From Novosphingobium sp. (lineage in GTDB: Bacteria > Pseudomonadota > Alphaproteobacteria > Sphingomonadales > Sphingomonadaceae), in NCBI RefSeq assembly GCF_027531025.1, contig NZ_JAPZQX010000003.1:536190-600189 (forward strand): a DNA stretch of 64,000 nt, written 5' to 3'. The first letter of the stretch is position 1; every line of letters begins with the position of its first letter. Made by a program: the position numbers and the translations under genes. This document shows positions 58,514-64,000 of this stretch, piece by piece. The notes under the pieces are model-generated. The model was not told the DNA's origin. It ran no database searches and saw nothing but the letters and a program-made list of their open reading frames with translations.

Positions 58514-59443
58514 GTGGAGCCGATGCGAATCAAGGGCTTGGGGCTGGCGCTGCTGGCCTGCGGATCAGCCGTGCAGGCTGAAACGCTGCGGGTGGACAAT
58601 TATACCCCGGTCCGGTCAGACGCGCTGGTCGTGCTGCGGGACATCCAGGTCGATACGCTGGGCGGCAATGTCGGTCAGGCCATGGCCCTGCAGATCGAGG
58701 ACAAGCTGCGGACGATCGATTACGGGCAGGGGCCCTGGTTCCGCGTGATTCCGGCTTCGCTGGCCAGGGGCGGCGATGCAGTGTTCCGTGGTACTGCCGA
58801 CATCGACATGCAGCGGTTCGAGAGTTCCGAAACGCGTGAGCGCTGCATCAAGGACGCGCAGAACAAGTGCACCGACCAGAAGGAAAAGTACCAGGCCAGC
58901 TGCATCCGGCGCGAGTTTTCGCTGGAGACCCGCCTGCGCCTGATCGGTCATAATGGCGAACTGCTGTGGTCGGATGACAGCAGCGAGCCCCATACGGAGA
59001 ATCGGTGCAGCGACCAGTCGGGCTATTCGCGCGGCCCGCGCGACGTCGAACGGCTGCTGATTGGGCGAGTGGTAGCGCGGATCGAGGCCGACATGGTGCC
59101 GCGCCGGGCTGTCACGGACGTTCGCGTGGACGAGAATCGGCGTGCGCTCGCCAAGGACGATGCGGAGCAGTTCAAGCGCGCGGTTCGCCATGTCCGCGAT
59201 GGCCAACCGAACGAGGCCTGCGCCTTGTGGACCCAGCTGGGCGAGCGTTATCCGGCACATCAGCCGACCCGCTTCAACCTGGGTCTCTGCGCCGAATTCA
59301 TTGGCAAGACGGCCGACGCCCGTGCCCGCTACCTAGAGGTTCTGAAGCTCAATCCGGCCCATTCCGCCGCTTCGACCGGAATCGGCCGGCTCAACCGCCG
59401 CGAACTGGCGTTGAAGCAGCTGGAAATGCGCGATGCGAGCTGA
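58514..59443 (+). CDS. Exported hypothetical protein with C-terminal TPR-like motif
   Basis: Hydrophobic leader, Cys-rich middle region, and C-terminal FNLGLCAEFIGK..DARARY.EVLKLNP. The start may be 58523. Confidence 0.7.
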   Translation: MEPMRIKGLGLALLACGSAVQAETLRVDNYTPVRSDALVVLRDIQVDTLGGNVGQAMALQIEDKLRTIDYGQGPWFRVIPASLARGGDAVFRGTADIDMQRFESSETRERCIKDAQNKCTDQKEKYQASCIRREFSLETRLRLIGHNGELLWSDDSSEPHTENRCSDQSGYSRGPRDVERLLIGRVVARIEADMVPRRAVTDVRVDENRRALAKDDAEQFKRAVRHVRDGQPNEACALWTQLGERYPAHQPTRFNLGLCAEFIGKTADARARYLEVLKLNPAHSAASTGIGRLNRRELALKQLEMRDAS

Positions 59444-59504
59444 GCGCCAGTCGCGGCAGCCATGTCTGAATATGTATGAGCTTGTGTGCTTTCCTTGCAC
59501 CCCC

Positions 59505-59533
59505 TTGCCAGCCGCCGCGCCGTTCTCTAGGGC
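59505..59533 (+). promoter_or_regulatory. Putative sigma70-type promoter of acpP
   Basis: TTGCCA-N17-TAGGGC, 45 nt upstream of acpP. Confidence 0.5.
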
Positions 59534-59578
59534 GGGGTCCAACGCTATTTCATCTGCCGTTCACGAAGGGGTAAATCC

Positions 59579-59815
59579 ATGAGCGACACCGCCGACCGGG
59601 TTAAGAAGATTGTCGTCGAGCACCTCGGCGTCGAAGCCGAAAAGGTTACTGAAGACGCGAGCTTCATCGATGACCTGGGCGCTGACAGCCTCGACATTGT
59701 CGAGCTGGTCATGGCGTTCGAAGAAGAATTCGGCGTCGAGATCCCTGACGATGCGGCTGAGAAGATCAGCACCGTTTCGGACGCGATCAAGTACATCGAC
59801 GAGAACAAGGGCTGA
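59579..59815 (+). CDS. acpP: Acyl carrier protein
   Basis: [20 protein letters not shown] phosphopantetheine site. Confidence 0.98.
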   Translation: MSDTADRVKKIVVEHLGVEAEKVTEDASFIDDLGADSLDIVELVMAFEEEFGVEIPDDAAEKISTVSDAIKYIDENKG

Positions 59816-59937
59816 CAAGCCCTTATCCGCTCCGGCCCCAAGCCTGTCTGGGGGTTGAAAGGCGGAAATCGAGCTACGAAATCTGACAGGCTCAGCCCCG
59901 GCAAGGGACTGGGCCTGTCGCATATCCGGAGAAGTGC

Positions 59938-61200
59938 ATGCGCCGTGTTGTGGTTACCGGACTGGGCCTCGTGACCCCGCTGGGCGGGGACGTGGAAACG
60001 ACCTGGGCCAACCTGATCGCCAGCAAGTCCGGCGCGGGCCCGATTACTCGCTTCGATGCCAGCAACCAGAAGTGCACCATCGCGTGCGAGGTGAAGCCGG
60101 CCGATCACTCTTGGGGATTCGATCCCGGCCTGCGCGTCGATCACAAGATCCAGCGCCAGGTCGATCCGTTCATCATCTATGGCCTCGATGCTGCCGGGCA
60201 GGCGCTGGAAGATGCCGGTCTGGTCGATATGGACGAGGACCTGAAGCTGCGCACCGGCTGCTCGATCGGCGCCGGGATTGGCGGCCTGCCGGGGATCGAG
60301 GAAGAATCGATCGTCCTGCATGAAAAGGGTCCCTCGCGGGTCAGCCCGCACTTCGTCCATGGCCGGATCATCAACCTGATCTCGGGCCAGGTCTCGATCA
60401 AGTATGGCCTGATGGGGCCGAATCACGCGGTCGTAACTGCCTGCTCGACCGGCGCGCACTCGATTGGCGATGCCGCCCGGATGATCAAGGATGGCGATGC
60501 CGACGTGATGCTGGCGGGCGGGGCCGAAGGGACCGTCAATCCGCTAGGGATTGCCGGTTTTGCCCAGGCCCGCGCGCTCAACTGCACCTTCAACGACCGC
60601 CCCGAACAGGCCAGCCGTCCTTATGACAAGGACCGCGATGGCTTCGTGATGGGCGAGGGCGCCGGGGTGGTCGTGCTGGAAGAGTACGAGCACGCCAAGG
60701 CGCGCGGCGCGAAGATCTATGCCGAGGTGGTCGGCTATGGCCTGTCGGGCGATGCCTATCACGTCACCGCGCCGCACCCGGAAGGCAAGGGCGCCGAGCT
60801 GGCCATGCGGATGGCGCTGCGTAAGGCCGGAATGGGCCCGGGCGACATCGACTATGTCAACGCCCACGGCACCTCGACCATGGCCGACACGATCGAACTG
60901 GCCGCGGTCAAGCGCGTGCTGGGCGATGACCTGACGGGCGCTTCGATGAGCAGCACCAAGTCGGCCATCGGCCACCTGCTGGGCGGGGCCGGCGCGGTCG
61001 AGACGATCTTCTGCATCCTGGCGATCCGCGACCAGATCGTGCCGCCGACGCTGAACCTCGACAATCCGGATGAAGGCACCGAAGGTGTTGACCTGGTGCC
61101 CAAGGTGGCCCGCAAGCGCACCGTCCGGGCCGCGCTGAACAACAGTTTCGGCTTTGGCGGCACCAATGCCTCGCTGATCGTCAAGGCGCTGGTAGACTGA
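59938..61200 (+). CDS. fabF: Beta-ketoacyl-ACP synthase II
   Basis: RRVVVTGLG, TACSTG, NAHGTST, GHLLG and NNSFGFGG. Confidence 0.97.
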   Translation: MRRVVVTGLGLVTPLGGDVETTWANLIASKSGAGPITRFDASNQKCTIACEVKPADHSWGFDPGLRVDHKIQRQVDPFIIYGLDAAGQALEDAGLVDMDEDLKLRTGCSIGAGIGGLPGIEEESIVLHEKGPSRVSPHFVHGRIINLISGQVSIKYGLMGPNHAVVTACSTGAHSIGDAARMIKDGDADVMLAGGAEGTVNPLGIAGFAQARALNCTFNDRPEQASRPYDKDRDGFVMGEGAGVVVLEEYEHAKARGAKIYAEVVGYGLSGDAYHVTAPHPEGKGAELAMRMALRKAGMGPGDIDYVNAHGTSTMADTIELAAVKRVLGDDLTGASMSSTKSAIGHLLGGAGAVETIFCILAIRDQIVPPTLNLDNPDEGTEGVDLVPKVARKRTVRAALNNSFGFGGTNASLIVKALVD

Positions 61201-62174
61201 TGCTGCTCCGGCGCGGGTGCTGGCCGCTTGTCGCGGCGGGACTGCTCGCGCTCGCCGCGCTGGGCTGGTTCGTCGGCGGTTGGTTTTCCGGTGGCCCGCT
61301 CAAGCAGGATACGGCCTTTGTGGTGCCCGACGGGGCCAGCCTGGGCAGCGTCGCTACCAAGCTCGAGCGTGAGGGCGCGATCGAAAGCGCCGAGGCCTTC
61401 CGCTTGCGGGCGCGGATCTTTGGCGCGGGTTCGTCGATCAAGGCCGGTGAATTCATGCTGCCCAAGGGCGCCAGCCCCTCGCGCATCCTTTCGATCATCC
61501 AGGGCGACGAGGTACTCCGGCGCTTCCTCACCGTGCCCGAGGGCATGCCCTCGATCATGGTCTACGAACGGCTCATGGCCAATCCGCAGTTGACCGGCAC
61601 GATCGAGGTTCCGGTCGAAGGGTCGATCCTGCCCGATACCTATGAGATCCAGAGCGGCGAAAGCCGCCAGGCCGTGGTGCTGCGGATGCAGGCCGCGATG
61701 CAGCGCACCCTGGCCGAACTGTGGGCCCAGCGCAGCCCCACTACGGTGGTGAAGACCCCGCAGGAGGCGATCATCCTCGCTGGGATCGTCGAGAAGGAAA
61801 CTGGCAAGCCCAGCGAACGCCGTCTGGTCGCCGGCCTCTATTCGAACCGCATCCGCCAGGGCATCATGCTCCAGGCCGATCCCACGATCATCTACCCGAT
61901 CACCAAGGGCAAGCCGCTCGGGCGCCGCATCCGCCAGAGCGAGATCCAGGCGGTCAACGATTACAACACCTATACCATGACCGGGCTGCCCAAGGGGCCG
62001 ATCACCAATCCGGGTCGCGAATCGATCGCGGCAGTGCTCAACCCGCGGCAGACCGACGTGCTCTACATGGTGGCCGATGGCACCGGTGGGCACATGTTCG
62101 CCCGGACCCTGCCGGAGCACAATGCCAACGTTGAGCGCTGGTATGCGATCCGGCGGGCCCGGGGCGACTTCTGA
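61200..62174 (+). CDS. mltG: Endolytic transglycosylase MltG (YceG family)
   Basis: N-terminal TM, IKAGEF, AGIVEKET, LQADPT and PKGPITNPG. Confidence 0.95.
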   Translation: MLLRRGCWPLVAAGLLALAALGWFVGGWFSGGPLKQDTAFVVPDGASLGSVATKLEREGAIESAEAFRLRARIFGAGSSIKAGEFMLPKGASPSRILSIIQGDEVLRRFLTVPEGMPSIMVYERLMANPQLTGTIEVPVEGSILPDTYEIQSGESRQAVVLRMQAAMQRTLAELWAQRSPTTVVKTPQEAIILAGIVEKETGKPSERRLVAGLYSNRIRQGIMLQADPTIIYPITKGKPLGRRIRQSEIQAVNDYNTYTMTGLPKGPITNPGRESIAAVLNPRQTDVLYMVADGTGGHMFARTLPEHNANVERWYAIRRARGDF

Positions 62175-62181
62175 CCGGGCG

Positions 62182-64000
62182 CTAGGGCTCGACGATATTG
62201 AAGGCGCCCGGCAGCGGATCGATCGCGGCCAGCCAGGCTTCGACCGCCGCCCGATCACCCTCGACTTTGAGCCCGGCCATTTCGAGCTGGGCCAGCGGCA
62301 GTTTCATGAACAGCAGGCCCAGCATCATCCGGCGGGGGCCGGTGATGGTGGCGGCGGGCTTGGCCACCGGCCTCAACCGGCCAATCATCGTAGTGCGGCT
62401 CACCTCGATCCCGGCGGCCTCCTGCCGGTCCGGCATCACCAGGTTGATCGCCAGGGTGCGCCCGCCCAGCTTGCCCGGATCAAACCGCGTGGCGGCCGAA
62501 TCGAGCAGTTCCTGGGTGGGAACGGCGGCGATCATGTCGTTGCTCTGCGATGACGTGGCGCGGGTCTTGACCCCTTCGCGCAGCTCCTTGGCCGCCATCA
62601 GGAACTGGTTGCGCCAGATGCCGCTTTCGGCCTGATAGCCCTGTTGCTCGAAACTGTCGGCCAGCAGTAGCCGGGCGGGGCGGTTGGTCGGCTCGGCGAA
62701 GACGATCTGGCTGAGCAGGTCCGAAGACCAGCGATAATCGCCTGCCGCAAAGGCCTTGCGCGCCGCCGCCAGGGCCTTGGCCGATCCGCCCATCGCCGCC
62801 ATCATGCGCTTGGCCCGCTCGACCGGCGGGTGGGCGTTGAGATTGGCCGGATTGGCATCGTACCAGCCCAGGTAGAACTGGTAGACCGCCTTCGAGTTAT
62901 GGCTGTAGGTGCCGTAGTAGCCGTGGTTGAACCAGTCCTTGGCCAGTTCCGGCGGATGCTTCAACGCCTCGGCAATCTCGTGCATGGTTTCGCCCCGGTT
63001 CATCAGGCGCACTGTCTGGTCATGCAGGTAGCGGTAATTGTCGCGATTGGCGGCCAGCGCCGATTGCACCTCGCCCTGGCCGAAGCGCGGCCAGCAATGG
63101 CTCGAGATCAGCGCATCGCTGCGCGGCCCCCAGGTTTGCAGCGCCTCGTCGATGAAACCGGCCCAGATCCGCGCGTCGCGCACCTTGGCTCCGCGCGGCG
63201 TCAGGATGTTGTGCAGCGAACAGGTGGTCATTTCCGATGAGAGGAAGGTCCTTGTCGGCTTGAGATAGACGTTCAGTTCCGATGGTGCCTCGCTGCCCGA
63301 AACGATCTGGAATTCGAGTTCTACCCCATCGACCGTCCGGGTCTCGCCGGTCTTGTAGATGGTGTCGCTAGGCGCGATCAGCGTGATCTCGCCAGCGGCC
63401 ACGGCAGTCCCGATGCCGCTGCCGATCTGCCCGGCGGGCCCCGGTACCAGACCGGCACCGAACTGGTAGTTGGCGCGTCGACCCATCGCAGCCCCGGCCA
63501 TGACGTTTTCCGACACGGTTTCTTCCATGAAGTGCGCCGGGGCAATCACGTCCACCTTGCCAGCCTTCACATCGGCCTCGTCGATCACCCCGCGCACCCC
63601 GCCAAAGTGATCGCCATGGCTGTGGCTATAGATCACCGCCGTGACCGGGCGTGGTCCCAGCTTCTCGTTGACCAGTGCCAGCGCCGCCTTGGCGGTTTCG
63701 CGGGTGGTGAGGGGATCGATCAGGATCCAGCCGGTCGCTCCGCTCACCACGGTCATGTTCGAAATGTCGAACCCGCGCACCTGCCAGACGCCATCGGCCA
63801 CCTGGAACAGGCCGTGCCGCCGCAAGATGCCGATATGCCGCCAGAGCGAAGGGTGCACCGTATCAGGCGCGGCTCCGGCAACAAAGTCATAGGCGGCCAG
63901 GTTCCAGACCGTCCGGCCATCGGCAGCCTTGATCAACGGATCGGCCCGCGTCCCGACAAACCCCCGCGCCGCGAAATCCGCATCGCGGCCATCGTCCCGT
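62182..64000 (-). CDS. Alkyl sulfatase (SdsA1-like MBL fold, dimerisation and SCP2 domains), 5' end outside window
   Basis: Frame is open to the window edge (..DADFAARGFV..). VRGFDISN, SHSHGDHFGG, YLHDQT, GWYDANPA and an SCP2-like C-terminus. Confidence 0.92.
   Translation of the reverse strand, partial: RDDGRDADFAARGFVGTRADPLIKAADGRTVWNLAAYDFVAGAAPDTVHPSLWRHIGILRRHGLFQVADGVWQVRGFDISNMTVVSGATGWILIDPLTTRETAKAALALVNEKLGPRPVTAVIYSHSHGDHFGGVRGVIDEADVKAGKVDVIAPAHFMEETVSENVMAGAAMGRRANYQFGAGLVPGPAGQIGSGIGTAVAAGEITLIAPSDTIYKTGETRTVDGVELEFQIVSGSEAPSELNVYLKPTRTFLSSEMTTCSLHNILTPRGAKVRDARIWAGFIDEALQTWGPRSDALISSHCWPRFGQGEVQSALAANRDNYRYLHDQTVRLMNRGETMHEIAEALKHPPELAKDWFNHGYYGTYSHNSKAVYQFYLGWYDANPANLNAHPPVERAKRMMAAMGGSAKALAAARKAFAAGDYRWSSDLLSQIVFAEPTNRPARLLLADSFEQQGYQAESGIWRNQFLMAAKELREGVKTRATSSQSNDMIAAVPTQELLDSAATRFDPGKLGGRTLAINLVMPDRQEAAGIEVSRTTMIGRLRPVAKPAATITGPRRMMLGLLFMKLPLAQLEMAGLKVEGDRAAVEAWLAAIDPLPGAFNIVEP

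Overview
A high-GC core-genome segment from an alphaproteobacterium. Gene order and protein style suggest a sphingomonad (Novosphingobium/Erythrobacter-like); this is an inference. I saw no tRNA, rRNA, CRISPR array, transposase, integrase or phage gene. In order, it holds ABC-2 permeases, an RpfF-type DSF synthase, sdhB-PaaI-zapE, a haloalkane dehalogenase, rne/amidase/PBP1A/prfB, an FMN enzyme with an Fe-S-type Cys motif resembling FabX, amt, a thiolase and a CalB-type aldehyde dehydrogenase. Next come a complete nuoA-N operon running into birA-coaX-rnj, then ftsY-mtaB-dapF, a GGDEF-EAL gene, pgsA, oxyR, rnd, aspS, acpP-fabF-mltG and a partial alkyl sulfatase. The most unusual structure is four non-nuo passenger genes at three junctions of the complex I operon, all overlapping their neighbours. 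One is about 50% GC by hand count and is bounded by ATGA on both sides. Other leads are the FabX-like enzyme, the orphan DSF synthase, two CtrA-like boxes, and structured intergenic regions. All calls come from motif recognition without database searches. Several start codons were moved from the ORF track using RBS and overlap evidence.
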